Shown: positions 10,514-22,029, counted from the first letter of the stretch. The stretch: DNA of 64,000 nt from an uncultured Nitrososphaeraceae archaeon (GCA_963837175.1 CAWIMJ010000050.1:256001-320000); one strand, 5' to 3'. Translations and numbers: made by a program. The notes: generated from the sequence alone by a model not told the origin.

Positions 10514-11220
10514 GGCTCTGTTAACTTAACAATAAATCTATAGTTTTAGATACTCTTTATTTCTTGTATTGATTATACTTACCAAAGGAAATAGAACGTC
10601 TACAAATGACATTGGGTATGGTTTATACCTGTACTTTATTGGTCTTTCATATCGTAATACAGCAACAAAAGCATTATTATTCAGATTTAAAAAAAGAAGT
10701 CATGTCTCCATTTGGAAATGGATGATGCACAAGTACAAACCAGAAAAAATATTTTACAACAGAATGAAAATATCTAAATTTATAGTTGGTGGTGATGAAA
10801 CTCATTAAAGTAGGAAAAGATTACTTTTGGTTGTGGGTTGTTGCCATCATTAAGCCAAAAGATAAGGATATTCTTCTTCATATTCATATTTCAGCAGCAG
10901 AAAGAAAACATGTTTGTTGCAGAACATACATTTTCTACGTTCTTTAGTAAAAAAAGTACGGAAGATACCCAGTTTCTACTGATGGTGGTGGGACATGGTA
11001 TCATCCGCAAGCATGTAAATTCTTGCAAATAAAACATCATCTACATTCACTATATGAAAAAAATATCTAAAAAATCCAATACATAAAAGACAGAACAGAA
11101 TGTTTTGATGATTACTTTCCATGTAGAAAAGAGAAGTGTAGACTAGAGCACATTATCAACTGGTTCAATCTTTTTACAGACTATCATAATAAAGAGGTGA
11201 TTGCTTAAGTTAACACAGCC
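10514..11220 (+). mobile_element. IS6-family insertion sequence with inactivated transposase, terminal IRs and 8-bp target duplication
   Basis: IRL GGCTCTGTTAACTTAA at 10514, IRR TTAAGTTAACACAGCC ending 11220; GTTGAACC at 10506-10513 and 11221-11228; remnants SHVSIWKW, DET, STDGG, KDRTECFDDYFPC. Confidence 0.92.
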
Positions 11221-11430
11221 GTTGAACCTCAAAATTCGATTATAGATATCCAAGAACGGTAACCTCGCCATATCATAATTCTCCATCTAGACCTTCGATT
11301 ATACAATAACTTTCAAAGTCTAGTCGATATAATAACAAGTATTTAAACTCCGCTTGACTACTACAAAGTAATTATAGGGATTCAAGATTATTCTAATGAA
11401 TAGTTAATACTTAAATGATATATTATTAGT

Positions 11431-11708
11431 GTGCTAGTAGTAACCCTCCTTTTGTTCTATGCGGGATTCCGCTGAGCGGCCAACCTGAGCAAGTGCAGGA
11501 CTTTGAGCTCTGTTTGGCCTTGCTCCACCCAGGACGGCAGTTTCAATCCTCTATCACCAATCTCAGGCTATTCACCATCATTGTGTTTGTGTGGCTGGAT
11601 ATCTTTTCTGTTCCGGCGCCAACTGTCTCCAGTTAATTATCGCTAATTTGGGTGCCTGCAGTGAGGGAGGAGTTTCCTCTCTTTTGAGTAACCCGCTCGC
11701 TAGCTCAC
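11431..11708 (-). ncRNA. rnpB: RNase P RNA (archaeal)
   Basis: GC-rich island; minus strand has GAGGAAACUCC near the 5' end and AACAAAAGGAGGGUUA near the 3' end (P4 halves), closed by complementary GCUAG/CUAGC P1 ends. Confidence 0.92.
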
Positions 11709-11734
11709 GATCATATCTATTAGATATTAGTATT

Positions 11735-12241
11735 TTAATATAAATGTGGAAAATATTCTTTCTCAATTATCAAAATTTCCTGTTGATTTTCGGCGATTGA
11801 ATAATCCTCTAAAAGATTAGAATTTAGCTCCAAAAAAGTGTGACCCCATTTGAACTTTTCCATAAAAGCTTTCGCCATGCTCTTGTCTCCTAAAATATAA
11901 AATGAACCAGCGAGTGCCTCCGCAGTTGATAGCTTTCCCAATTTTGAGTAGTTGATGGGGTTTGCTGCAAGCATTGCTGGTAAACGCCGGCCCGTCAGGT
12001 GCTTATACAAAAATCTGTTTTTTAATTCTTGTTCAGATCTATTCCAAGAACAATCAATGGCACAGACAGAATCAGCAATCTTGGCATCTTGTTTACAAAG
12101 CAATATTGAAGAAAATGGATTTAAAACAAGAGTTTTTTTTGAGAGATATTTGACAGGTTGGGCTAGTTTAAATTTAGCCAGTTTGGCTGCAGTGCATTTA
12201 AAAGGATCGTCCTGTTTCAGCATAAACACAAAGGCTTTCAT
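11735..12241 (-). CDS. tsr3: rRNA aminocarboxypropyltransferase Tsr3 (DUF367)
   Basis: QDDPFKCTAAKL, DCSW, RRLP.MLAANPINY.K..KLSTAEA, FKWGHTFLELN. Confidence 0.93.
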   Translation of the reverse strand: MKAFVFMLKQDDPFKCTAAKLAKFKLAQPVKYLSKKTLVLNPFSSILLCKQDAKIADSVCAIDCSWNRSEQELKNRFLYKHLTGRRLPAMLAANPINYSKLGKLSTAEALAGSFYILGDKSMAKAFMEKFKWGHTFLELNSNLLEDYSIAENQQEILIIEKEYFPHLY

Positions 12242-12550
12242 AATACCATTGTACTTTTTCTTAGATTATAAATAAACTGAAGCAGAAGATCAGGGAATTA
12301 TATATCTTGTGTCATCTTCAAAAAGTTATACATAAAAATGAAGAATTTGTTACGATTACCATGTTGTAAACTAATGTCAGCATATTTTAAAAGAGCCATA
12401 ATTTGGAATTTTTATTATGGTTCATTTCGTAATTTACCTTTGTATATATTTTTATGAGTATGTTTTTTTCTTTTTGAGCATATCCTATAATATTTAGACC
12501 AGGTTAATGATGATAAAATTCCAGGTATGAGGCGTACAAAAACTTTTTAG

Positions 12551-13854
12551 TTGTCATCTAAGATTACATTTGTGTCCGCTATTTCCACTCTTAAATTTCC
12601 TTTTGTGCTTAAAAAGGATCAATTAGAAGCGATCGATGCCTGGTTAAAAAATGGATTGAGAGGATCTCTAATTTATAGTACAGGAACTGGAAAAACCGAG
12701 ATTGCCTTTGAGTGTGCAAGACGCGCTGCAGATATGTATAGTTCAGACCGATTTAAAGTTCTGTTTCTTGTTCCAAGGATTGTATTGATTGAGCAAAATG
12801 TCAAACGCCTCTTAAATTATGGGTTAGGGAAAGAAGTTGTGGGAGTTTACTACAGTGAACGAAAAGATGCCAAAGAAATCACTATCAGTACATATCAGAG
12901 TGTCATAAACAACTTTCAGTTGATCCGAAATGCAAATATGATTGTACTGGATGAAATCCATCTTTTGAGCGAGACAGCAACAGAGTTTGATAAAATATTC
13001 GATGTAATTTTAGAGGACCCAAAAAAGGCAATACTGGGTCTCACAGCGACCTTAAACGAAAAGGATGGTAAATATTCAACCATTATGGTTGTTGCTCCAC
13101 CAATTAGAAAATATATGATAAAAGATGCAGTAATCGATGGTCGTCTTGCTAAACCTGTAATTATCCCAAGAGCAGTGAGATTTACTTCATATGAGCAAAG
13201 AGTATATGAAGAAACAAGCTCCAAAATAAAAGAGATATCAGCAAGATTGCAAGTACATGATCCAGTCACCATTTCAAAAATACTTATGAATGGCGGCCTA
13301 GATCTTCTCTAGCAAAATCGTGGTTTGCTAATGTTCGTAGACGAAAAGAAATTCTTAACACTGCGAGTCAGAAGTTTATTCAGGTGTTGAATATTGTAAA
13401 AGAACATCCAAATGAAAGAATTATGATATTTAGTGAAACAATAGAATCAATCGAAAAATTAAAAAAAATACTGAAAGAAAATCATATACATGCAGAAACT
13501 ATGCATAACCAAATAAGAGCAAAGGATAGGAAACTCCTACTTGAACAATGGGGGAAGGAATATTTTCCCTTGCTTTCGGTTCATACCCTTGAGATAGGTT
13601 ACGACATTCCACAGGCAGGTATAGCGATAATAATTTCCAGCACTTCTAATATAAATCAGATTGTTCAGAGAATTGGTAGAGTTACAAGAAAGTTTGAAGG
13701 AAAAAATAGAGCACTTATCTACGTGATTTATGTAAATGACACTAAAGATGATAATATTCTCAAACTAGTGAAGGAAGCAATTGAAAAGAAAGGATATACC
13801 AATGTAGAATCGTTCAAAGAAAAAACGATTTTATCATACTTCAGTGGTGATTAA
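12551..13854 (+). CDS. Superfamily-2 (XPB/Rad25-like) DEAD/DEAH helicase, split by a frameshift near 13297
   Basis: TGTGKT, DEIH, GLTAT in ORF1; IFSE, GYDIP, QRIGR in ORF2; one added C restores GGPRSSLAKSWFANVRRRKEIL. Confidence 0.85.
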
Positions 13855-13894
13855 AATGATTAATTTGCAATAGTTATTCTCATTTGTAGTATAC

Positions 13895-14563
13895 TTACTG
13901 ATCATTAATGATGTTATTTGGTATCAATGCCAAATTAAGAATTGTGTCAAAATATGAATCTACATCCATTTCCGTGACTTGCCCGTCATCGATATTTATA
14001 ATATAGATCATGTGTAGTCTTCCATTCAGAATTTCGTCCCAATTCACTGGAGGATTTCGATAATACCTATCACATAGAAGCTTAACTTTTTCAATTTGTT
14101 CTTCTTTTCTATCACGCGGCGGTCGGCTGAATATCTTAGGTATAGGAAGAATGCTGACAGGTGGTGTTGCCAAAACAAATTGATTTGCGAATTTACTATA
14201 TCTCGCAATTTTACTTGCGAGCCGGGCAACATAGTAAGATAAAGGATCCAGCGCATGTTCTGGTGGAATAAATCCGGTTTCAATTTCAACTATTGCTTCG
14301 CCATCTCCCTTAGTTGCATGAAGATCACACACAAGGATATTGGTCAGCTGTTTTTCTACGTCAACATTGTAGCCATAACGTATCAGGTGCCTAGCGCAGA
14401 CCAGTTCCATAGCAGAGTGGTTAATTTTTACTATATTTTTCTTATAAAGATCTATTAATCTAAATTTAACGAAATTCATCCTTTGAATGGTCTCTTCTGT
14501 TTCTCCAATAGTCATTTTGTTAGAAAGATTCGTTACATCTAGAATAAAACGCCTTAAATCCAA
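13895..14563 (-). CDS. Conserved hypothetical protein, possible PD-(D/E)xK fold
   Basis: HSAMEL...GYNVDVE...CDLHA...IVEIETG pattern. Confidence 0.65.
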   Translation of the reverse strand: MDLRRFILDVTNLSNKMTIGETEETIQRMNFVKFRLIDLYKKNIVKINHSAMELVCARHLIRYGYNVDVEKQLTNILVCDLHATKGDGEAIVEIETGFIPPEHALDPLSYYVARLASKIARYSKFANQFVLATPPVSILPIPKIFSRPPRDRKEEQIEKVKLLCDRYYRNPPVNWDEILNGRLHMIYIINIDDGQVTEMDVDSYFDTILNLALIPNNIINDQ

Positions 14564-14651
14564 ATATAAGTATGAAGAATCAGGTCGTGTTTAAATATGC
14601 CGTTCTCCAATAGTAAAATTAAAAATGCTGCCAATAATAAATTGTTTGTAA

Positions 14652-15800
14652 ATGTCCTCAATTAATAAGATAACGGTTCTAGGTTCAGGAATAATGGGTC
14701 ATGGAATAGCACAAGTCTCAGCAATGGCAGGTTATAATGTTGCATTGCGGGATATAGATCAAGCTTTCCTGGATAAGGCAATGGAAAAAATACGATGGTC
14801 TCTTAATAAACTAGTTGAAAAGCAAAAGATAAATGCTAATCAGGCAGAAGACATACTATCTCGCATTTTGCCTGTAGTAGACATCAAGCAAGCACTAAGA
14901 GGGGCTGATATGGTCATTGAAGCGGTACCGGAAGACATGAACCTGAAAAGAAAAGTATATGATGAAGTAAATAGATACTCTGAAAATCAGACTATTTATG
15001 CCTCTAATACCAGCACTTTGCCCATCACTGAAATGGCAGAATTGACTAACAGACCGAACCATTTTATCGGTATACATTTTTTTAATCCTCCTCAGTTGAT
15101 GCAGCTTGTAGAGGTCATACCTGGAAAGTTAACTGATCAAGGTATAACTAATACAACAATGGATTTTGTGACGCGAATAGGTAAACAACCTGTCTTATGT
15201 AGGAAGGACGTTGCAGGTTTCATCGTTAATCGAATTTTTATTCCGCTCGTACACGAAGCCGTGTATTGCCAAGAAAGGGATGGGTCTTCTATGTTGCAGA
15301 TTGATTCGGCAGTGAAATTCAAGATGGCCTTTCCGATGGGAATATTTGAGCTAGCAGACTACACAGGCCTTGATGTTATCCACAAAGCAACAACAGAAAT
15401 GTATTCCCGCGATAACGCTGTAATTAATCCTCATCCTAAAATTAAAGAATTATTTGATCAAGGAAATTTAGGGCAAAAATCTGGGAAAGGATTTTATGAT
15501 TATAAAGGTGAAAAGTACGAAAGAATAAATCTAACTGCACAAGAAGCAGAGAAATATGATCCCATAAATTTAATTGCAGTTGCCGCTAATAGTGCCGCAT
15601 GGCTTCTCTCAAATGGAGTTTGTAACGAAGAAGATTTGGAGAAAGCATTGAGATTAGGAATGGGATTAAAAGAAAAGTTGTTCAAGACAATGGAAAGTTT
15701 TGGAACTGAAAAAATTGTAAACAGACTGACAGAATTGAAAAACGAATACGGTTCTTTTTACGATCCGAACGCGTACTTATTCAATTACAAACGCTCCTAA
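14652..15800 (+). CDS. hbd: 3-hydroxyacyl-CoA dehydrogenase (likely 3-hydroxybutyryl-CoA DH of the HP/HB carbon fixation cycle)
   Basis: GSGIMGHGIA Rossmann motif, EAVPE, SNTSTL, HFFNPP, GFIVNR. Confidence 0.9.
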   Translation: MSSINKITVLGSGIMGHGIAQVSAMAGYNVALRDIDQAFLDKAMEKIRWSLNKLVEKQKINANQAEDILSRILPVVDIKQALRGADMVIEAVPEDMNLKRKVYDEVNRYSENQTIYASNTSTLPITEMAELTNRPNHFIGIHFFNPPQLMQLVEVIPGKLTDQGITNTTMDFVTRIGKQPVLCRKDVAGFIVNRIFIPLVHEAVYCQERDGSSMLQIDSAVKFKMAFPMGIFELADYTGLDVIHKATTEMYSRDNAVINPHPKIKELFDQGNLGQKSGKGFYDYKGEKYERINLTAQEAEKYDPINLIAVAANSAAWLLSNGVCNEEDLEKALRLGMGLKEKLFKTMESFGTEKIVNRLTELKNEYGSFYDPNAYLFNYKRS

Positions 15801-15964
15801 TCTTTCTTGTGTCTAAAATTATTTGAAAAGATAATTGGCAGCGTATAGTGCATCCGTAAATCTTTTTTTCGTACATATATAGTTTTTTTTGCTACTTTAT
15901 ATTTTATACATCTTCTAATTATTTTGTTTTTATATTATTTTATTTATTTGCCTTCTATTGTAAA

Positions 15965-17305
15965 CTAATTATCTTTGGCACAACGAAAGCCTGCAAAGAG
16001 GATTCGTTCATGTGGTTTAAAGTAGTTTCTATAGCTATTTCTTATCTGGCTAGACGGTGTGGAAAAGCTTCCTCCTCTTAGTACTTTTTGATTTATTGAC
16101 CATTTGTCAGTATACTCTGAAAATCTGGATTTGAACCTAGGATAAAGCACATATTCGGAAGAAGTCCATTCCCATACATCGCCTATCATCTGATGACAGC
16201 CATAATAGCTCTTACCAGCAGGATATGATCCAACCTTTGTCGGAGCCCATAAATATGATTCCATTAAGTTGGCGTGTTTATAGGTGGGTTTTTCATTTCC
16301 CCACGGATACATGTTTTTTGTATGCAAGTCCTCATTCCAGCTTGCCGCTTTTTCCCATTCAGCTTCAGTAGGAAGTCTCATACCGGCCCACCGAGCATAA
16401 GCGTCAGCTTCATAGTAGCTGATATTGGTAACTGGCTCATCAGTTTCAATTTTATTGATACCGCGAAAGTCCTTTTTTATCCAAGCACCTTCTCCTTTTT
16501 TATATTCCCAATAAAGAGGAGCTTTCCACGCGTGCTCAGTTACCCATTCCCAGCCATCGGCTAACCAGTATCTGTAATCTTTGTACCCACCATCTTCAAT
16601 GAATTTAATGAACTGTCCATTTGTGACAGGTGCAACATCTATTTTGAATGGCTGCAAGTAAACTTTGTGCTCAGGTAGTTCGTTGTCATAACAAAATCCT
16701 TTACCATTGAATCCAAGTTCGTAAATTCCTTCGGGAACATCTACCATGCCTATCGGCTTTTCTACAGGTAAAGGAGGAACTCGCATTTTGATAGGTTTGT
16801 AGTTATCAGATTCATATGGAAAACGCTGGAAATAATGCTGAAAATCATAGACCATTAGCTCTTGATGCTGCATCTCATGCTGGTTTCCCAGCATAATCTC
16901 ATATAGTATTTCCTCAGATATTTTATTTGAGGATTCAATTTCTTTTAAAAATGAAACAATTTGCCCTTCGATAAAAGATCTGTATTTCATAGTCTCTTCA
17001 ATAGTTGGACGGGGGAATCTACCTCTTTGAGTTTTTGGTAATATTTCGCCAAATCTATGATAATAAGAGTTTAGATAATGTAGGTCAATATTTACATTTG
17101 ATACTTTATCTTTATCATACTTTTCCAATATTTTTTGGAAGAACCAAGTAACATGGGCAATGTGCCAATTAGGAGGACTGCCAAAATCGCTGGATTGAAT
17201 AACAGCATCCTCTATCTGCAAAGGTTTGAAGAGATTAATCGTATTTTTTCTGACAGTAATAAACTCTTTGAGTAATTCTTCAAGGCTTAATATTAATTGA
17301 TACAT
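15965..17305 (-). CDS. egtB: Ergothioneine sulfoxide synthase EgtB (DinB + FGE-sulfatase domains)
   Basis: WHIAH and HEMQHQE iron ligands, YDNELPEH, RLPTEAEWE, GDVWEWT, VLRGGS, GFRCA. Confidence 0.88.
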   Translation of the reverse strand: MYQLILSLEELLKEFITVRKNTINLFKPLQIEDAVIQSSDFGSPPNWHIAHVTWFFQKILEKYDKDKVSNVNIDLHYLNSYYHRFGEILPKTQRGRFPRPTIEETMKYRSFIEGQIVSFLKEIESSNKISEEILYEIMLGNQHEMQHQELMVYDFQHYFQRFPYESDNYKPIKMRVPPLPVEKPIGMVDVPEGIYELGFNGKGFCYDNELPEHKVYLQPFKIDVAPVTNGQFIKFIEDGGYKDYRYWLADGWEWVTEHAWKAPLYWEYKKGEGAWIKKDFRGINKIETDEPVTNISYYEADAYARWAGMRLPTEAEWEKAASWNEDLHTKNMYPWGNEKPTYKHANLMESYLWAPTKVGSYPAGKSYYGCHQMIGDVWEWTSSEYVLYPRFKSRFSEYTDKWSINQKVLRGGSFSTPSSQIRNSYRNYFKPHERILFAGFRCAKDN

Positions 17306-17678
17306 GACATATGGGAATAGGTACTAGTATAAATATTTCCTCTTGTTTAAATTATTAAAAGATTCGTAGCGAGAGATGCAACAAATGATCAGTCAATTTA
17401 ACGCTGTCTAACTCCCATCGTTTCACCCGCATATGTCAATCAAAAACTCATTCATTTGTATCATGAAATAGCGATTGAAAGAGAAATCAAAAAGGTAATG
17501 TCTGTGGTAGAGGAATATATATTAGTAGTAAGAATGAATATTAAAGCAGAAATAAGTATTGATTTAGAATAAGTTTATAATATATTGACAATGAATTTTG
17601 GGATAGTCATGTTAAATTATCAAGAAAGTTCTACAGTTGCTAAACAATTATTTTGCAGTCTAATATGAATTAATAAAA

Positions 17679-18206
17679 ATGACAAAAATTGGGAATGCTT
17701 ATAGATGGATGTATGGTCGTGTAGCGGACCGACCAACCAATTTCAGTTGGGTTCTTGATGGTAAACTAGCAGGTAGTGGTCTACCTATGACTTATTCTCA
17801 ATTCTTTTGGTTAATTAAACATGGCATTAAAACCATTATTACAGTGAGAGAAGTGCCCTTGCCATCAAACTGGTTTACTGATAGTATAAACAATATAGAT
17901 CGTGATAATGTTAATTATTTACATCTTAGAGTAGAAGATTTTGGCTCTCCATCTATCGAAGAAATAGATAGTACGGTAGAATATATCCAACACCAGATAG
18001 ATAATAAAAAGCCAGTTATGGTTCATTGTGCAGCTGGTAAGGGAAGGACTGGGACTATATTGGCTGCATACCTTTTGAAAAACGAAAATTTGACAGCGGA
18101 GCAAGCTATAAAGAAAATTAGAAATCTTCGTCCTGGGTCGATTCAATCTAATATACAGGAAATGACAATCTCTATATATGAAAATTATCTTAAGACTGTA
18201 AAGTAA
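17679..18206 (+). CDS. Dual-specificity protein phosphatase
   Basis: VHCAAGKGRTG (HCx5R), NFSWV, RPGSIQ. Confidence 0.92.
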   Translation: MTKIGNAYRWMYGRVADRPTNFSWVLDGKLAGSGLPMTYSQFFWLIKHGIKTIITVREVPLPSNWFTDSINNIDRDNVNYLHLRVEDFGSPSIEEIDSTVEYIQHQIDNKKPVMVHCAAGKGRTGTILAAYLLKNENLTAEQAIKKIRNLRPGSIQSNIQEMTISIYENYLKTVK

Positions 18207-18755
18207 GAGTCATTGAAATAAAAAATGTCTCTTCTTTCCGCAGGGCATTTTCAAAGAATAATAGACGACTCAGAGTAAAAGATAAGAATATTAATGAATA
18301 GGTGCAAGGTGTTATTTCAATAGATCATATAAATGTCAATTTTTCACTAGTTTTTATTGAATATATTAACGGTATAATGTAGTATATTTGTTATTAAATG
18401 TTAATAAAGCAATTCTAGAAAAGCACGATCTAAAAAGAAGGTGTACCATGGATGAGGTGCATAGAAAACAAGGGGTAAACTCTTTCATCTCTAAGCGTTG
18501 TTAAATTGTAAATTGAATGGCAAAGATATAAACACAAAAATTCCAATAAGGCACTGCCAAATGTTCCTTTTGCTGATGATTCTTTCGATCTAATGAGAGA
18601 TAACATATATACATATTATAACAACCATAGAGAACATATTTAAAAAAGAAAGCACGAGTAATAAACATATCATAAAAATTTTATCTATGTGAAAACTTGT
18701 GGCAGTGCCGCTCCAATATAAAAGAACATGATGATAAGCTGCTGATATCTCTTTT

Positions 18756-19520
18756 TTAGGGCACAATTTTTGGCTTATTTAATTCATGTGAAATATGAAA
18801 TTTGTTGTACCAAAACAAAGCACCTGCCATAATGATAAAGTCTGTAACATAAAATAGATCCCATGTCCACATATTTTGTGAATTTCCGTTTACAAAGTCG
18901 TTTACATATCCATCATCAGCTATTGCATTGACTAATAACGACAAAGATGAAAGAAACCAAGGAATAGAGTGCTTATAGTCTTTGCGTAAACTCACAAGTA
19001 TTAGAGCAGAAGGGATAATTAATATCAAATCTAAAACAGGATAGGCAATGGTAACAACAAATACCGCGAAGTCTATATCAATAAGATATTCTGATGAGAC
19101 TAAATTAATTACATTATACATAACAAATAGTATTGTAACAATTGATACCATAACCACAATTCCTGGCTTAATTGTACTAGGTAATGATCGGAGTACTGTA
19201 AACAAATGTAAAGCTAAGAATACATATCCAGCAAACCAGAAACCATCCGTGAGAGTTACTAGTTTCTGTTCCTCTATACCTAGACCATAATAGTAATACA
19301 TAAGCGTAAGGTCAGCAGCGAACCAAGAGGCTAAACCTAACATGAGAAAAAGATATGATTTGCCATGAAATCCCTGAAGCCCATGTCTATATACTGCAAT
19401 TATGGCTAAACTGGTAGCAATAGCTCCAGTTATGTTTAATATCCAAAGGGCAGTAGCATGCTTCTTATGTGCGGGCGAGAAAAAGATTATAGAGTTTGCA
19501 ACTATTGCGGAAGTAACCAA
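18756..19520 (-). CDS. Polytopic membrane protein resembling stand-alone 7TM sensor domains; true start probably somewhat upstream
   Basis: About 7 hydrophobic segments; LASWFAAD, D.FWFAGY, AYPVLD. Confidence 0.7.
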   Translation of the reverse strand: MVTSAIVANSIIFFSPAHKKHATALWILNITGAIATSLAIIAVYRHGLQGFHGKSYLFLMLGLASWFAADLTLMYYYYGLGIEEQKLVTLTDGFWFAGYVFLALHLFTVLRSLPSTIKPGIVVMVSIVTILFVMYNVINLVSSEYLIDIDFAVFVVTIAYPVLDLILIIPSALILVSLRKDYKHSIPWFLSSLSLLVNAIADDGYVNDFVNGNSQNMWTWDLFYVTDFIIMAGALFWYNKFHISHELNKPKIVP

Positions 19521-19699
19521 TGCTAAAATAAGAATCTGTATGGTTAACTTTTGATGATCCTCTTTTTGGGTCAGATAAATCCATCCAACGCATAGTTTGA
19601 TTATATAAAAGGTTTTAGTTTGATGTAGCGCTCTTTATTTCAGAATCGCTTCTACTATTTATTTTATTATATTTATTATATCTCTGTAGCTGTAGAAAG

Positions 19700-20110
19700 A
19701 AGTTTAACCAATGTCTCGCATGTGCTAATTACAGGTTTATTTTCTATAGAACGTAAATACCTTCATCAAAACATTCTGTTCTATCTTTGAAATATTAGAT
19801 TGTTAATCAGTACGCTTTTCAGAAGATAGATATAAAGATGACGATATTTTATAGTCAGTATCCACAAAGATGCATTAGTCAGTATTGCCTCGGTAGAAAT
19901 TGGAGTTTTCTCATATCTTTATTAAATATTGTATAGTTGTTTACAACAAACACATAAGGACGCATAAGCAACCACACACTTCCTTTCATGAAATGCAAAT
20001 TTTTTGAAATTATTATCTTATATTCACACTCAATTCCAACCTACAGCCATACAAAATTGAGTATCAACTTTAATTGTGGTTTCATCTACATAGTGAATTC
20101 TAAAGATAAT
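19700..20110 (-). mobile_element. Highly degraded IS6-family transposase remnant
   Basis: Minus-strand fragments VDETTIKV, FVWL, TPISTE and FKDRTECFDE match the IS at 10514. Confidence 0.7.
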
Positions 20111-20897
20111 TATATACTGCAGGGAGAGGCACTTCAATTCGTTTGCATATGATCATCATAGATATTCTATAATATCAGCTTTTAGACGGAATAAGTTTAA
20201 AACTTTGGATAAGCAGATCGATTAGAGAGGATAGTTTACATGCAATTCCTAGTTTCCAGTAAACATGTATTTTAATAAAATATTGCTACATTTTTATATG
20301 AAAATATTGAGCTAATACTTTAAAGCATTATTATATGCTCTTGAAGTGTAAATTTGAATTCAAATGATTATTGAGTTGTTTTTTGTGTTTCTGTTGATTA
20401 GTAACCTTTTCTGAAGCTCTCTCATCGAGAAGGTTCTATAAAATAACATGTATTATAACTGAATACTGGTAGATCGTAACAAAATGGTTAATGTCCTACA
20501 CTATTAACATCTGTTAATGTGCCTGAGTATAGAATCCCCTCTAGGAGCAACTCCAGAAATTAAGATTGCTATAAATAATAAAAAAAATATAAATTGATGA
20601 AAAAAAAGCATGAGCAAGTTAATCTTTCGAAGACTATAGAGTTCACAGAAAAAGCCAATAACTACTCGTGGTGTTGAATGCAGCCACTATTAGACCAGCC
20701 CATCAATATTTAACGAAAAGAAATAAAATGCTGAGTAATCGTAATCTTTCTTTGTCCATATCAAACTTGAAATTGGGAATCGAAATAAATAATCTATAAG
20801 ATTAATGTGTTGTTAGTTTTAACATCAATTGGAGTTAATCTTTGGGATCTAATCATATATTTTATAAATTGCATCTCATATAGAAAATGAATGCGAA

Positions 20898-21821
20898 ATG
20901 ACTCGTAACATACAAAATAGCAACCTACAGAATAATCGACTTGTTAAAAAATTTTGTGAATTATACTCAAAATCCCACTCATCATCGATAACTTGGGCCT
21001 CTTCACCAATATCTAAACCATCAGGAGGAAAGAAAGAGCATTTACTTATTTGCTATGCTGTTGCAGGATATCCAGATATCAAAACTACAAAAGAAATTGT
21101 TTCCGCTATGATTAAGTCAGGTGCTGACATAATTGAAATAGGGCTTCCTTTTTCAGATCCCATCGCAGATGGCCCTATAATTCAAGAAGCTTCTTTTATT
21201 GCGCTTACTCATGGAATAATACCTGATAAAGCTTTAGAAATTGTGAAAGACATTAGAAAGGAATTTCCAGATACACCAATAGTTGCAATGACATATTCAA
21301 ATATCTTACATAAAGCAGGATTTAGCAAATTCATGCTAAAAGCAAAAAGGTCTGGAATCGATGGTTTCATACTACCTGATATGCCTTTTGAAGAATCCAA
21401 TAGATATGTTAATGAAGCATCAAAACTAAACCTTGCTACAATCTTTTTAGTGTCACCTAATACAAATGAAGAAAGGTTACGTTCGATAGCTTCTAGATCT
21501 AGTGGATTTCTTTATTTAGTTTCAGTATATGGAACAACAGGTATTCGTAAATCATTTGAGGATTCGACTGCAAAATATATCAAAAATACCAAAAAAATTG
21601 TAGGTTCTTCCATTCCTATCGCTGTTGGATTTGGAATTAGCAATCCGTCACACGTTAAATTTATGATTAATGCTGGTGCTGATGCAGTAGTAGTTGCAAG
21701 TGCAATCATAAATATAATGAAAAGTTATATTGATGAACCAAATAATAATAAAAAGAAAAAAGAAATGTTAAAGAATATAGGAATATTTGTGTCAAGTATG
21801 AAAAAATCATGCATACAATAA
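20898..21821 (+). CDS. trpA: Tryptophan synthase alpha subunit
   Basis: AGYPD, IEIGLPFSDPIADGPIIQ, MTYSN, LPDMP, AVGFGIS. Confidence 0.95.
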   Translation: MTRNIQNSNLQNNRLVKKFCELYSKSHSSSITWASSPISKPSGGKKEHLLICYAVAGYPDIKTTKEIVSAMIKSGADIIEIGLPFSDPIADGPIIQEASFIALTHGIIPDKALEIVKDIRKEFPDTPIVAMTYSNILHKAGFSKFMLKAKRSGIDGFILPDMPFEESNRYVNEASKLNLATIFLVSPNTNEERLRSIASRSSGFLYLVSVYGTTGIRKSFEDSTAKYIKNTKKIVGSSIPIAVGFGISNPSHVKFMINAGADAVVVASAIINIMKSYIDEPNNNKKKKEMLKNIGIFVSSMKKSCIQ

Positions 21822-22029
21822 ATTGACTCAATCACAGATTATTATAGTTTCGTAGTCAGGAGCTTGGAGAAATTGTTGTAGTAGGAGGTTGGCCCCACCC
21901 ACCATTTGCTACAGTTCGAGTGAGTATGGAGTCCCGCATGGCTACAAGCCTCTTCTGGCAGATGTGAAAGGTATATTTGTGGTAAACCTTATTCTATCCT
22001 AAATATTAGGCATGGATTAACATTAATGG

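Noticed and set aside
11578-11766. 62-aa ORF
   Set aside because: Overlaps the RNase P RNA gene and the end of tsr3
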